Source: Chrysomallon squamiferum (lineage: Eukaryota > Animalia > Mollusca). Taken from it: a stretch of 64,000 nt of DNA. Position 1 is the first letter of the stretch. Each line of letters starts with the position of its first letter. The stretch covers positions 18,290,001 through 18,354,000 of the forward strand of contig CM022673.1 of assembly GCA_012295275.1 (NCBI GenBank), given 5' to 3'. Below the pieces are notes generated by a model, which did no database searches, was not told the origin of the DNA, and saw only the letters and a list, made by a program, of their open reading frames with translations. Position numbers and translations under genes: made by a program. Of the stretch, positions 39,457 to 55,516 are shown in pieces.

Positions 39457-40273
39457 GTTGCTAACATTGTTACGATTAAATATATATATACATTTTAATA
39501 ATTATAGGACCCGTTGTATAGAAATCAGTTTCCGCAGGAGTCCCCAGTACCCGTAGGTTTTAACATTTAATCGCAGCGCCATCTAGAATTGAAAAAGCAG
39601 GTAGAATTGTGAATAATGAATGTCATTTGTCGCCTTCAGGAACCAGAAATCTGTCAACTAAAATATAAATACAGGAGCCGCCGGGAACGAGAAACAATTA
39701 CACTTTAGTGATCAGCAATTACAGACGTGCAGACACTCCAGGACGTTTCTGTCCGCTGATCTCGTTGTGGCCTCGTGACCTCTCGTGTCATCTCGCGAGA
39801 AATGATTTATAATTGAAATTAGCCGCTAGTGATGGAAACCATCTTGAATTTACTGTAGAAAATTACTCCTGTCTGAGAATATTAAGAGAGGATCTGGTGA
39901 TGCGAAGTGGAAATTTGAATAAGTTTAATTATTAATTCCATAGAATCTGTGTCACAGTCAGAATAGCAAATTATCTCGTTTTAGAATCCGCGTCTCTGTT
40001 TTATCATAGATTTCATCATTTTTACCACAGTAACTAGTGGTTACTATTTCATCCACTACAGTATTAACAGCTCTAGTATATTTTGGGCGGATCTGTTTAG
40101 TTTATATGATGGTGATGATGATGATGATCAATATCATTACCATTATCATCATCATCATCATCATTATCTGTTATTTTTTATATATATATTTATTCGTTTT
40201 GTCTGTTTTTGGGGAGGATTCTTTTTGTTTTGTTGTTGTTTTGGGTTTTTATATTTCTTAATTATTTTTTCTT

Positions 40274-40312
<39 letters not shown>

Positions 40313-41066
40313 TTATTATTAATATTATTATTATTATTATTTATTACTATTTATTATTATTATTATTATTATTTATTACTTTATTATTGTTTCTTGGTTA
40401 CTCGGTGCATTACTATATTATTCAATTTTCTTTCTGGTAAACATTTTAAATATAAAAACCTTATAATCGAATTATCTACTTTTTAAAAAGTAATAAAAAA
40501 ATAATAAGGAGAAAAAACATCACCAAACTTCATTAACGGTATGATAAAATATCTACATACCTTTATCTTAACATCTTTGTGTTTATCTTTTAGATAAGTA
40601 GAAAAAGATTACTACACATAGATTAAGACATTAATGAAGATAGTTATTAATAATGTTGTTATTTTCTTACGTCTGTCAATAAATGGTTATTAATTCGCAC
40701 AGTTAGAAGATTAGTGGGCTTGTTAATTAGGCAACAGTTGTGAGGAAACATCGATATATCGACTCTACATTATTTCACAGTTGTTTCCGGACCTCCGACA
40801 TAAATAACAGCTTGTTGTATTCACAGGTGCAATATCAGATTTTTATGTTATCGTTTTCCTGAATGAATACCCAGTCCGTCCGTTTCATTAAAGTGTCAAT
40901 AGATAAAGTTAAGCCAAATATCCACAAAACAGCATTACAGATAATTTGATAGTAAATTGTCTGTTTGAACTCTTGCAGGCACTAGGTTCACTTCGTGTAA
41001 ATGTTAACAGAAAGACTCTGAAACTGGTTGTTTTGCAAAATCTCTAAAACTTTCAGGGAATTGGTG

Positions 41067-41175
<109 letters not shown>

Positions 41176-41416
41176 CGTAATCCATCCATCGATCTGTCTG
41201 TTTGTGTATATATGTTAGTCCGTTTGAGTTCATGTTTGCCTACTGAATCGATTATTTACATATTTACCTCCTAATGTATTTGTCATATTGCATATACACA
41301 TTAGCACATTCACGTATTAACAAATATATATGTTTATGTAACTACCATTATTTATTTATTTATTTTATTTTATTTTATTTCATTTCATTTGTTTTATTTT
41401 GTTTTATTTGTTGTTG

Positions 41417-41453
<37 letters not shown>

Positions 41454-41972
41454 AGATTACATCTAAACTATTCTGCCTTACTTTAACAGACAGCAAAGTA
41501 GGAATATATCTAAAATTTCAAAGAGAAATAATTTTCACCAGAAATAAATAATTATTTTCCATTTCAGTAAATAATGTTATCGAGAACGGCCCAACCATTC
41601 GATTAAACGTGTTTTATTAACCCCGCTGTGTCGACCTCGGAAATATTTGTCAACTATTAATCACACCAGCCACACACGTGTTTATTTCTGACTTTATTAA
41701 TCTATGTATTCTTTTGTACTGTGTACGGTTTGCCATTACTACTGCTGGCATATGTATTATTGCTTTTTATTCCACTGTAGCTGTTACCGCTACTACAGCT
41801 ACTATCATTATTAGTACTTCAGTTTTTACTTTTAGTACTGCTGTTACTACTGTTATTACTACAGCTAATACTGCTATTGTTACTACTGCAACTGCTACTT
41901 TTACTATTACTACTTCAAATACTTCTACTATTACTATTAATATTGTTACTATTATTACTACTACTACACGTA

Positions 41973-42007
<35 letters not shown>

Positions 42008-44312
42008 TAATGCTATTAGTACCATTATTATTTATAGTAGTATTATCATTAATTTTACTAGTATTACTAGTTATATTTTTGCTAGAATTGCTGTTTCTAC
42101 TGTCTGCGCTATAGTTTCAAATTTACTACCACTTGTAATAAAGAGTCTAATAAAGAAACATAAAACACAGTTTAAAAAGAGACACGTGTACGCAGATTAG
42201 ACGGCCATTTGCTATTTAAAGGTCTTCACAGTAATTAATATTCATGAATTTATATCACCATGATGACGTTTCGGGAACCGTTTCGTGTGGTCAAATGCGT
42301 CATGAAGTGTTGATCACTACGGACAGAATGACCGTTGCATTACTGAGAAATGACCCATGTAATAAGATGGATAAACTGACCGTGTCATTATTAACGTTTG
42401 TCAAATAAGTTACTGGTGAACGACAAATCGAACTCGTCCTCACCGCCCCTCATAACCTCTGTACGAATTCTTCCGCAACAGAACTAGTTCACTAAGACTA
42501 CCATGCAAAACCACCTTGTTCCAGGACATGATCTGATAATACATATTAAGACTAAAATTAACAGTGAACGTTATCATTTGTTTTATTTTCCACTATGAGA
42601 TTGACATTACAGCTATTATTATTATTAGTAGTAGTAGTGTAGTAGTAGTACAACTACCAGTAGTAGTAGTAGTAATAGTAGTAGAGGTTGTAGTAGTAGT
42701 AATAGTAATAGTAGTAGTAATAGTAACTGTAGTAGTAATAATAGTAGTATTAGTAGTACTAGTTGTTGTTGTAGTAGCATAGTAACAGTGGGGACAGAGT
42801 TGGCTACTGATTCCCAGACTGTGGCAGACCAGTGTGAAAACGTGAGATTTAGGACAAATCAAACACTCTGACTCTTTACCATCAACGTCGCATACACTTA
42901 TGACTACAGATACATCGAAGCTTTTTCGGAATTTTTTGTTCCACAGCCTTACCGGATTATCAGTTTTCATCAGTGGTCACATGATAATAATTTAATAGTA
43001 AACCTCTGAGTAACTAAATATAACTCTTCCAGTTTTCTAAAGCGCAATATACTGCTAGAAACTCAAATTAAACAAATATTAAATTTAAATTAAATGAATA
43101 AATGAAGAGTGTTAGTATACAATCACCAGTACTGTATGTATCAATAAAATAAAATTATTCATTAATAAAATATTAAATTGTAAGCTAGTACATTTCAGTC
43201 TTACATTTGTCAGTCTAAAAGAGGTTCGACACAATCAGTTTCCGAAAATCGACCTTGTACCTGTACTAGCATAAGTAGCGACTGCAGCATTAGTAACCTA
43301 CTATAGGTACCGTATTTTATTTATTTATTTACACTTTATATGTACCTACGCGTAAAGTCAGACAGAGAGGCACAAGTATTTCAAACACATTTATGCAAAC
43401 AGTTAAACATTTTAGTATACCCATCTATCTGTATTGCTTTGAAATAAATATCTGCATATCAGTTGTCTTATTTTAAATATTGCAAAAAACGAGATTCACT
43501 GATTAATCAAAAAGGATACAGTAATTGATGAAAACAGTCATAATTTATCATAGCGCATCCTGATTTATGTTGTAGAGGAAACGTGAGCGGACACCAAACA
43601 CAAAAATACCGCAGAAGAATCGATTTTAACAGCAGAGATAATAACAATAAGCTCGTAATAAAACTGCTTTTTACCTTGATGTGAATTCGATACAGTAGAA
43701 ATTGCCTTCTGTGTGGCATATTAAGTATTGAGTTTACTACAGTGTCACACATAGTATCTGGTTTCACTCTATCAAATTGAGCTCATAATAAGGATAATAA
43801 AAGTATGGTCGATAGCTAATTAACCGTCTTCCATAATTACTAGACTAATAATCAAACAACGTCTTTTAATATTCCTTTATAAGTTCATAAAAAAGCATTA
43901 TTACAGGATCTATACACCCATTCACATACACGCACACACGCACAGATAAACAGACACGCACACACAGACACACACACACACACACACAGATAGACACACT
44001 GATCTAACATTTCATTACCATACATGTTCCAGAAAAAAAAATCTTTATATAGTTTTGTTTTTCGCTGTGCTCGTTATCTTTAAATTTGTTAAACTATGAT
44101 TTTTCTTTCGTTTTTATTATTTTTTTTATTGCCACATACAAAAATTCTTTCTTTTGTGTTTGTTCGTCTGAGAATATGAAAGTTTCACTCGTATCGATCC
44201 TCTGACTTACAGTTAACCTATATATTAATCTTTATATAAGTTTTGTGCAGACAAACTGCAGTGGACATGTCTGATAGTGACCATTAAGAGAAGAAATATC
44301 GAGAAACGTTAT

Positions 44313-44449
<137 letters not shown>

Positions 44450-45808
44450 GTAAGAAAACCCCCCAGCTAAAGATGTTATGAGCGGTTTGAAGTGTTTAAT
44501 GATGGAGGAAAAGGAAGAAGACAAGAGATATACTGACATAAACAACCAGATACATGTGGAAACTAACAAGAAACAAAATGACACAACAATGCAGTCGTTT
44601 CATTCCACTGCTAAAACCTGACTAGAATACTGAGAGTGTTAGAGGAAATATGGGTTAAAACTGATTTTAGAGGATCGTAATAAACATCTCATGTTTCGTT
44701 TTCGTTAGAAGACATCAGTTCAGTAGATATTTTTAAACCTCTAAGTGCATTTGAAGCTAATGTTTTAAACAGACTACATCAGACAGGTACGTATGAATTG
44801 TCAGGGTCGATAATCTAAACTCTCACTGATTCAGCAGAAAGAGAAACTACACAATAAAGATATGACTATTTTCTTCGATATGAAGATTGATGAGTCTATT
44901 AACAACACACAGTGATCAAATAGACTCACAGTACTCGTAGAAAGCTCGTTTTGTTTGCATCGGTTGTTTCTCGATATCCACTCACAGAAATAACTAAGAT
45001 TTAAACTGGTGTGTTCTTATAAACTTAATAATGTTTTACAATAAAAAGTCAGCGTATAAAAAAAATTGATCACATATATCTTCTACCATGCTGAAAGATT
45101 CAGTGAAATTAAATTGTATTTTTAATTATCTATATAATTAAATTAATTAATAAACAAACAACAGATGTGTTAATAAATAAATAATTAAATATATGCATAC
45201 ATACATACAATAGTAAATAAGTAAACAAATAAATAAATAATACTAGACTGTTGATAATGAACTAAATGTACATTGACATAACTTGAACATTCTGTGACTC
45301 CACTCTTGTCACTGAACTTTGTGTAGTATACCAACTCACTCTTTCATCTCACGTAGCTTTTGTACTTTAAATGTGATGCACGATGCCAAGTCAGATATAA
45401 AATATGATGTTATATAAAATACAAAGTATTGATAAGATATTATTCCAGACATTTATATATATACGTTCTGAACATCCAGGAAATGATGCAATAATCGAAA
45501 ATTGTTCTGATGCTCAGATTTAGATTTGCCATATTGGAATTTCTGCTACCTCGATCTTGAAGACAAAATGTACTTAGACAAGCGGAATTGAGTTTAAATT
45601 TAAAATGTAATCTAAAAATAAAGAATTATCTGATATCTTCAGTTTCTAAAGATTATTTCTGCTTTTATGTTTAATATTTAAAAAAATGACCTTCAACTCT
45701 ATGAATAGTCAATTTATTTTCTCTCTAAACCGCTTTGACATAGAGATATTGAAATTATAATCTTACATTTAAAATATTTTCGATATGCTCTCTACATACA
45801 TTTAGTAT

Positions 45809-45926
<118 letters not shown>

Positions 45927-46568
45927 CACTTTTACTATAGTTTAATGTATATACGCTTACTATATATATACTCAGAAAACCATCTCAGTAAAGTCACTGA
46001 ACAAGTTCCCATCACAAAGCGAATTAAAGTAAAAGGTAATTATAACCCGAGGTGTACCTGTTTCGATTAGTAAATGTTTCATTTATCACAAAACTGTTTT
46101 CTGTTTCTCCAGGCCAGAGCCAGTACTTTGTCCTCAAATAGATTTGTCTTAATTATAGCAAAACAACTTCTACCTTCTCCATTATCACACAACTGTGGAT
46201 GAATAATTTATCTAGAAAAATCGAATAAGCATCAACTTCAAAAAAAAAGAGGAAGAAGAGATAGAGTTATTTATCATTAATGGAATCGTATTGTTTTATG
46301 TATTGTTATCTTTTTTTTTGTATTATTCATGAGTTGTAAGAAATTAGTTTCGGCAGAGTGTTTGTGTGTTAGGTTTTAAGTATTAATATAGGTGGGTTTA
46401 GGGGAGGAGGGGTAAGTTGTGCCATTTTGCAGTTAAATCGACCTGCAGTCCAAGGTATCAATATCTAAAAAAATGAATAGAGACACTCAGATAAATGACA
46501 GCATTAAGGTCTCAGGATGTCTCATAATAGTGTTGTGGGTGGTTTAACATGTTTTGTAAAGTGGCATC

Positions 46569-46675
46569 GGGTAAGTTGTGCCACTTTGGGGTAAGTTGTA
46601 CCAGTTTGGGGTAAATTGTACCAGTTTGGGGTAAGTTGTACCAGTTTGGGGTAAGTTGTACCAGTTTGGGGTAAG
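46569..46675. repeat. ~5.3 tandem copies of a 20-bp subterminal unit (GGGTAAGTTGTACCAGTTTG)
   Basis: Direct reading; the unit matches the inner part of the TIR (GGGGTAAGTTGTGCCA). Confidence 0.9.
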
Positions 46676-47189
46676 ATAATATCACAGATTTGTTTTTCAT
46701 GGTTGTGAACAGATATTTAATGGTAGCAAAATGTGGGTAACTCTGGCAAAAAATAGTCTTAAAACTTTCATCAAGACTGATACAAAACATACTAATCATC
46801 CCAGAAAAGATATAAATATGGACATGTAAATGATTATGGAATAGTCTAACCTATTTTCACATATTCTATGCTATAGTGTTGGCCCTATGGGTAATAATGC
46901 TCTAATGCATCTGAAACTGCAATGGAAACGAATTGACATACATATGTACGTTTGAACACATGACAATACGCATAGAATATTGATACGATTCTAAATGTAT
47001 TTTAAACCCAGGTACAGACTAACGTCGTTACGTTTTTGTGAAAACAAGTTGGCAGGATCTTCGTGCAGCTCCCGCAGCCTTCTTCGACTTTGGAAATTTC
47101 GTGATAGTCTCCTTATTTGAGGGCCTTTGGAACGGGTAGAATTGCGGTTGGGGACAAACACATAATCAGAACTACGATGAGACGCAGGC

Positions 47190-47570
47190 CATTTGTCAAA
47201 TTTAAAAGGGAAAATGCCAGAGCTTTTGAATCCCGACAATATATTCCTCGGAATCATAGCCGACATGTCCGCATCATTCACGATAGATGGAATATCTTAG
47301 CGCAGTACCGTCTCTCCGGAATGAGAACCCGTTCAGACATCGCTCGGTGTTATAAGCAAGTTTAAAGAGGTTGCAAACAGCCCGGTCTAGGTGACGAGAT
47401 GTGTGGAGGCAATGTCAGCATCACTGTACCGTTATCCACAGCCAAATCAAGAAACTATAACGTTGTCTGTGATTCATGGTTGTCTAGTTTAGGAAGTGAC
47501 CCTTCGAACACGGAGTATATTGAATGATGTGGTACATGTAATGAACGAAGAGCTCGTCAATGATTCACCG
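47190..47570 (-). pseudogene. DDE_1 (pogo/Tigger-like) transposase pseudogene fragment
   Basis: Minus-strand pieces across frames: LDNHESQ, FLDLAVDNGTVMLTLPPH, LDRAVCNLFKLAYN, DIPSIVNDA..AMIPRNILSGFKSSGIFPF. These are typical DDE_1 motifs, interrupted by stops and frameshifts. Confidence 0.8.
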
Positions 47571-48990
47571 AGATTCAGCTGCACAACCGACAGATAAAGG
47601 TGGGTCTCCCCTGGTTGCGACAGCTGACTCGAGGTAATATGAAGATTGGTGGTGCTATGGCACAACATACCCCTTGTTGACCATTCCTGGTTAAGTAGGT
47701 CAGTGAATCCTTACTGACCGAGATGATGTGAAAACAACAGGATACAATAATAGCCAACTAAACAAGTTATCATACACTTCATATGATTTCAGGATAATCT
47801 ACAGAAGAGACACATCTTATCCCCTCCTCCAGTGTTTGTGTGCACATTCAATTTAAGCACGTGTAAAGCATAGTTGTCTGTGATTATAAATGTTTGCGTA
47901 TTTTTACATATTTGTAAATCATATTTAAAGAGCAGGACTTCAGATTTCTTGTATGGAGATGTATTGGGTGTGCGTATGTGTGTATTTGCCTGTGTATTTT
48001 GTGGGTACTTTGTCAGTGTTCGTTAGTGTTTCTCAAAAGCAATATGTACGTGAGTTCGTATGAATCCATGAATCTGTTTTTAATGTTTAAAATGTCTCTG
48101 TATATACATTTAGTTATGATGATATGCATACAGTACATTTCAAACTGAGTATTAAGCTGAACTGACTAAAATAATACACATACAACTAGTAATTTATAAA
48201 ATATAAGGCAGAAAAGTTTGTCACTTTTAATTCCTGAAGAGTTAAAAACATCCTGAGAGATTATATTTCTGATTGCTAAATATTTTGAAATTTTAAAATT
48301 GAGTGTAAGGATTTTAATCTTATTTATTTATTTATTATTTTTGAGTATTTTAATTATTTTCTGTTAGCGAATGGCAAAATAAATTACTGTGAAATATTTC
48401 AGATTTAAAACGTTTAATGCATCGCCCTCTTTTTTACATCTTTACAACAAAACCACTGCAGTTTAAAACTGTCACACTGTCACATAGCACGTTTTAAACT
48501 TTCACACACTACAGTTTAAACTATTAAACAATACAGTTTAAAATTATCACAATACAATTTAAAAGTATTACACAATACAGTCTGTTATACAGCAGAGTAT
48601 AGAAGCTCCTCCAAAATGCATAGTCTGTCTATCTCTTCATTTTTCTCTGTCTTTCTCTCTCATTCTCTCTCTCTCACACATACACACACACATACACTGA
48701 CACCCTGACACGTAAGCACATATATGCACACAAACACACACACATATAGACATACTCACATATATACACACAGACACATACGTAGATACAAACAGAAACA
48801 TACACACACATATAAACATACACAGACACACATTTATTATCTTTCTATTCCCTCTTTCTCAGAAAATATTATATGAAGAATTTACTAGGTTATCTCCCCT
48901 GTTGTCTGCCGATTGTCAAATGAACACCGTCTTTATCAAATTATCTCCCATTTCGTGATCTCCACTCTCCAAGGGCTATTGATCAAACGC

Positions 48991-49066
48991 GTCACGTGAC
49001 TCGCTCTGTGCGGACAAGACATATTGACGTCTGTTTGGATCTAGCAGCAGACGACGAGAAACTCAG
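48991..49066 (+). promoter_or_regulatory. Candidate promoter / non-coding first exon: GTCACGTGAC E-box followed by strong splice donor
   Basis: Perfect GTCACGTGAC at 48991-49000, TGACGTC at ~49025 and CAG|GTAAGA at 49066/49067, in a CpG-rich island. Confidence 0.35.
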
Positions 49067-50248
49067 GTAAGAAAAAAGTATACGAGTGATTGTATTTCTT
49101 CGTTTTCATGTTTTCTTTCATATTTGAGTATACTTAATTATATATTCATTTATTCTCTTATCGTTATTTTTCTTCAGCTACGTAGATAATAACAAAAAAT
49201 ATTTATAATGTTTTTTATTTTACCCTGTACATTAATGTGTAAATAAATACATTAAATGTTGAAAAAAACAACAAGAAAACAAACAAAAACAAACAAAAAA
49301 AACCACTTTCAATCTGAAATAATATTACTGCCGTTCGTTTATTAGTTGCTCATTTCAGTTGAAAGTGGCACATTTACTAGTAAGTTCAGAAAAATATGTT
49401 CTACCGTCATAGATTTAACACACATAAACAGCTGGTTAGATCAAGAAATAGTTCTATCTAACTGTTTGATCAGGAAATTCCGGACAATTACCTGTACTCC
49501 GTTCTTGTTTTTACATCCAGTTTGTATCTACTTACATTTATTTTATTTTATTTTATTTTATTTTTTATTTCATACTGCTGGATATTACATTTTAGTAATC
49601 GTTTTTATTTTACGTATTTTTAGCATATTTCATAGCATTTGTTGCATTTTATTTAATTCATTTCTATCAGATATTCAAATTTATCGATTAATTTTAATAT
49701 ACTGAATACTATCTATTATATTATATTTTATTTATTTTCCGTCAGCCGTTAATTAAAATTCATCGATTTACCTAAAAAAAAAAAAAAAAGATATTTCATT
49801 TCATTGTTACGTCATCTAGTCCAGCATGTTCAGTTTGCTAACGTTTCCTGCACATCTAAAACCACAAACGTGATATCAAGGATATTCTTCATAAAACTTT
49901 GCAAGAAATAGTAGAAAAATAAAATAAAAATGCCACTACATTCACGTTTATTCATTCCACCGTCTCCTTGCGACACGCCGATAGGGAATCTCAGCTTTAT
50001 TTGAATATCAGGAACAAAGAAAAACAGACAGACCACGCAGATTTCGTGAATAAAAACATTTGTACTGTCATTTTTATTCACTTTTTATGATTCTAGACGC
50101 ATGGTAAAGCTTGTACATATGTAGTGACAAACAACTGTATGTAATTTAAAATACTAGCTATATAAAGTGCGCTGTTATTAATATCTCTCTCTTTATCTGT
50201 CTGTGTGATTCTCTTTCTCTCTCTCTCTCTGTTTCTCTTTCTCTTACT

Positions 50249-50358
<110 letters not shown>

Positions 50359-50934
50359 GTGTATGTTTGCATATGTGTATGTTCAGAAAATATTAATATG
50401 CATAAATTATATTTTGTATCAAAAGAAGTGAGAGCATGCACATACGCATTCATTTATGCTGCATGCATATGAAAAACACAAAAATAATAATTAAAAAACT
50501 GAATTGATAAAGAAAGAAAAAGTTTAGTTAAAGACAGTTTTAAGAAGTGAAAAAAGGATAATTAGATAGATAGACTGAATAATAAATTGATACATACATA
50601 CAGACAGACAAAAGAGAGCTGAACAGATAGTTAGAAATAAATAAAGTAACTGAGAAATTCAGCTGATTTTAGTGATGTAAACATCTTATTACTTCTCTAT
50701 TGTTTAGTGTGTCGAGATGTGAAATGAAAGACTTCGGGTTAATACTGGTGTGTTAGTTCCTTTTATTTCCCGTTTTAAACACCTGAAAGCACATTTTCTT
50801 CCCATCAATTATAATTATTTACTTAAATAACAAGAAATGTTTTGAACCAAAAATGGTTGTATATCACGACTTAACTTCTAATTTATGTATTAAAATTAAA
50901 TTAATTACCTGGAATTTGAAATAATTAAATAATG

Positions 50935-51190
50935 TGGTTATCTTTAGTTATCTAACGACATCAGTGATAAAGGAAATTATAGACAGACATTCTTACTCAG
51001 ACTTAGTCATCAAATAAACCACGTTTTTCACTTAGCAAGATAAAGGCTTCTATAATTACCTTCTCTTATCATGCTAAGTAGGTACTCGTGAACACTGGCT
51101 GGAACTGGAACAAGAAACAAATGATCCACTGATGAGGATCGATCTCTGGTCTCTCATATCTGAGTCCGTCACTTTAACAAACTTGCTACT
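50935..51190 (-). mobile_element. Degenerate tRNA-derived SINE-like element
   Basis: Segments TAGCAAGATAAAGGCTTCT, CACTGGCTGGAAC and ATCCACTGATGAGGATCGATC resemble the reverse complement of mollusc tRNA-head SINEs (box-B-like GGATCGATC). Recognised from memory, not aligned. Confidence 0.4.
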
Positions 51191-53630
51191 GTTTTCTGTT
51201 TACATAATCACACTGAGATATACAAGACTTCTTACAATTGCCATTTTATTAACAAACAAAAATAAGATTGTTAAGATTGAACTGTTTTTCTTAATTACCA
51301 GTGCGACTGTTTGTCTGAACGTTTGGCTGTCTGTCTGCTAAAGTGAATTGGTCTTAATAAAAACGAAAATCTGTGGAAATTATTTGCGATCTGCTGAGAG
51401 TAAATAAAGTTTTAAAAATGAAATTGAGGCAGTTCTCTATCCATCTTTCACTCAATGTGTATTATATATATATAATTATTAGCTAATTTACATGGGTTTC
51501 TTTTGGTGGTTGTTTGTGTTTTGAAAACATTTAAAAATCAATAGCGTGCCCGTATTCACTGAAGTCGGGTGGAAATGCATCCATCAGTTAGAAATCTTTA
51601 TTATTGTTTGTTGTTTTGTTAGCGTTTTTGGTATGACGTTGCTTTCTTTTTTTTTCTTTTCTTTTCTTTCGTTCTGTTTGTTTAATTTGTTTATTTTGAT
51701 TTGATTTGATTTATTTATCTATTTACTTATTTACTTTTTTGTTTATTTAATTAATTCATTCATTTTATTTTATTTCGTTTCTTGTCTTACTTTTCTCTTA
51801 GTGTTATTAATCAAGTAAACAAGACAATAACGAGTTTACGTCAATTGTTGCTCACCTCTCTTGACACAAGGAACGCGTCTGTTTGAGCTAATTTAAAAAC
51901 AGTCCAACCCAGCACTGTGTAGCTCTGCTAACAGCTTTATCTCTTCATGTTTGCACAGATACCATCTTGCATTCCATCCTTGTTAGCCGTGAATACAATT
52001 TAAAAAAGAAGCGAGTACTATTAGTACTGAATGGTTTTGATAGCCTGCCTGTTCTGTGATGGCCTTTAACGTGGAAACATTGTCCAGTGCTTTCCCTCAC
52101 AGAACAACACTTCGCAGCCGCAAACTGCGCGCATACTCAGCAGCGACCCTCTGTTAAAAAATAATAACATTGCAACTATATATAGTAAAAATGTTTTTTA
52201 TAAATTAAGTTGTCAACATATATTTACCTGCAGATATTAAACATGTTTCACTTCATGTAAGTTATATCAAATAAGTTACCATATATCAAATAACTGGTAG
52301 TAGTTCCAGTAGTAGTAACAATGGTGATAGTAGGGGTGGCAGCAGCAGTAATAGTAGCAGTTGCAGTAGTATGAATAGTAGCACATGTTGTATTATTACT
52401 AGTACTTCTTTAGCATATGTTGTATTAGGATAGCAGTAGTAGCAGTAGTACTTTCATATCATTAGTAGTAGTGGTACTAGTAGTGATAATAGTATTAGTT
52501 ATTCAAATAAACACATGGACGTAGAGAACCTGAACCGGTAATAATTATCTAATATGTTTATACTGTACTGTGTACGAGGCTGTTAAAATACCGCTGTGTT
52601 GACACGTTGTTACACACTACAATTCTGCTATTTTCTTTTAAAAAATCAATGGAAAATCGAAATACAAGCCATTACATGATACATCGATTTGACTGAACGT
52701 GCCTCGTTGAGATACAACAGGTGTTAAAACTTCCTCGTGGAAACTATTAGAAGAATGTAGCTGAAAATACTCGTAAAATTACACCACAATTTATCTGAAA
52801 TCATTATATTTAATTCTTTAAAATAATTATAAAAATATTAAAATAAAATAATTTTTAAAAATTAAAACGTTACATTAATATATATATTTTTTAACAGATG
52901 GTTGAAAGCTAAGAGTTAATATTGTTTCAAAACTGTTAATATTTTTTATATATTTATATGCATTTTTTTGTTTCCTTTTCTTTATTTCTGCTTGTTTCCT
53001 TTTCCTTACTAGTCTCCGTCATTTTTATTTCCACTGATTCTCCCCTTCTTTCTCTCTATCCCTCTATCTATATATCTGTCTATCTTTGTATCTATCTATC
53101 TATCTATCTTTCTATCTATCTATCTATATATATTTTAAAAATGTCTCACTAATTTGTCGCTAACATATTCAATTTATATACACATGTATTCATTGACACA
53201 TTTGCATTTGTATCTGTATTAAATCCAAACATTAGTCTAAATTTTCTGTTATTCATACATGAAGATATAATAAGTTTCTGATTAGGAATTTTTCTATCTG
53301 TTGTGTTGGGGGAATAATCACTTCCCTTCCGTCACGATTTTCTATTGTGTACAATGATTAAGAAGACGTTAGAAAGAGACTAACACGATTAACCCCGCTA
53401 CCGCTGTCTACGGTTTCCCTGTTAATGAGATTTGTAATATTCTAGACAGTAATAATAATTTAAAATAGGAATTTTTATCAAAATGAGACGTAAGTGGATT
53501 AATTTTGGCATGATAAGGATTTTTGTTGACAAATCATAACTAAAAGAATAATAAGTTAGTGTTGATGGTTTTATTCGTGATGGTAAATGGGATCGAATCC
53601 CGGTATGTTTATGATGAAGTCTGTTTTCTG

Positions 53631-53699
<69 letters not shown>

Positions 53700-54119
53700 A
53701 TTTGTACAGAACAAGTATTAACTGTTTTTCTTGGACTGTGAACGTCGATTACTAAGTGATGAGCGAGTGAGCAAGTGGGTACGAGTGTGTTTGTGAGTTA
53801 ACGCGAGAGTCGGCGAGTGAGTCATAGAGAGAACAAGGAGTAACAAGAGAAACAAAAGAGATGATAATTAAGTGAGTAAACTTTACATGATATCATTCAT
53901 CACTTTGTTGTCTTCGTTCGCCGCAGACATGTAAAGTTAAGTTCTCTTTTGTTAAAGTCGTTTGTTTTGTTTACTTGCACTCGTAAATAATTTCTTTTTT
54001 TTCTAGAATCGACCAACAGATTGACTGTCTTCTACACTTTCAGTTACTTTCACACAGGAAAACAGATTTTAATATTATTTTTAAAATAAATTTTCTCTTT
54101 CTTATAGCTATCATATAAA

Positions 54120-54845
<726 letters not shown>

Positions 54846-55094
54846 ACATACATTATATCAAATTTTATTGCGTGTTAGACTGTATAATGCACACACATTA
54901 TAATTGAATTCTATGGGGAAAGAAAACAAGAGAGATCACTGAGGAAGGTGAAGAAGACTGAGAAAATGAGTTTCACATATAATAATTCGCCTCAATTATT
55001 TCATTTCTGATGTTTTTTAAGTCTCAGAGGATTTAAACACTAATTTTTCTTGAGCTTGTAGTTGCTGATTGCTGTTATTAAATCCAAGATGAAC

Positions 55095-55168
55095 TCCGGT
55101 AAAAATGTATGTCTTCAGTTACATCTGAATTATTAAAGTGTCTTGAAATGTAACGTGTTTTATAATAC
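55095..55168 (+). repeat. Copy 1 of a ~70-bp dispersed direct repeat (copy 2 at 57325-57398)
   Basis: GTCTTCAGTTACATCTGAATTATTAAAGTGTCTTGAAATGTAACGTGTTT vs GTCTTTAGTTACATCTGAATTATTACAGTTCCTTGAAATGTAAGGTGTTT. Confidence 0.8.
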
Positions 55169-55410
55169 AGGCCGTTCCACCATGTCTCACAGATCCAAGA
55201 GAAAAACGAGAAAGAAAAAAAAAAATTAATTACTGCAATACTAATAATACTGATTTTACTGTCTGTAACAAAAGATGCAATTTAAAACATAATTTCTGCA
55301 GTCAGATTATTTCTAATTGAATTTTATTTTATTTGCTTCCTTGTGTTTATCTCGAGTCTGGTGTGCTCAAAACAGAGTATTTTATTTACAGAGTAGTAGA
55401 TTGTCTGAAT

Positions 55411-55516
<106 letters not shown>

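Larger units (their letters stand above)
46401..47832 (-). mobile_element. Decayed pogo-like (DDE_1) DNA transposon with TIRs
   Basis: TA|GGGGAGGAGGGGTAAGTTGTGCC on the left and GACACATCTTATCCCCTCCTCC on the right (inverted), with an internal transposase relic on the minus strand. Confidence 0.75.

Noticed and set aside
51129-51160. CTGATGAG hammerhead core
   Set aside because: No downstream GAAA box; better explained as part of a decayed SINE head.
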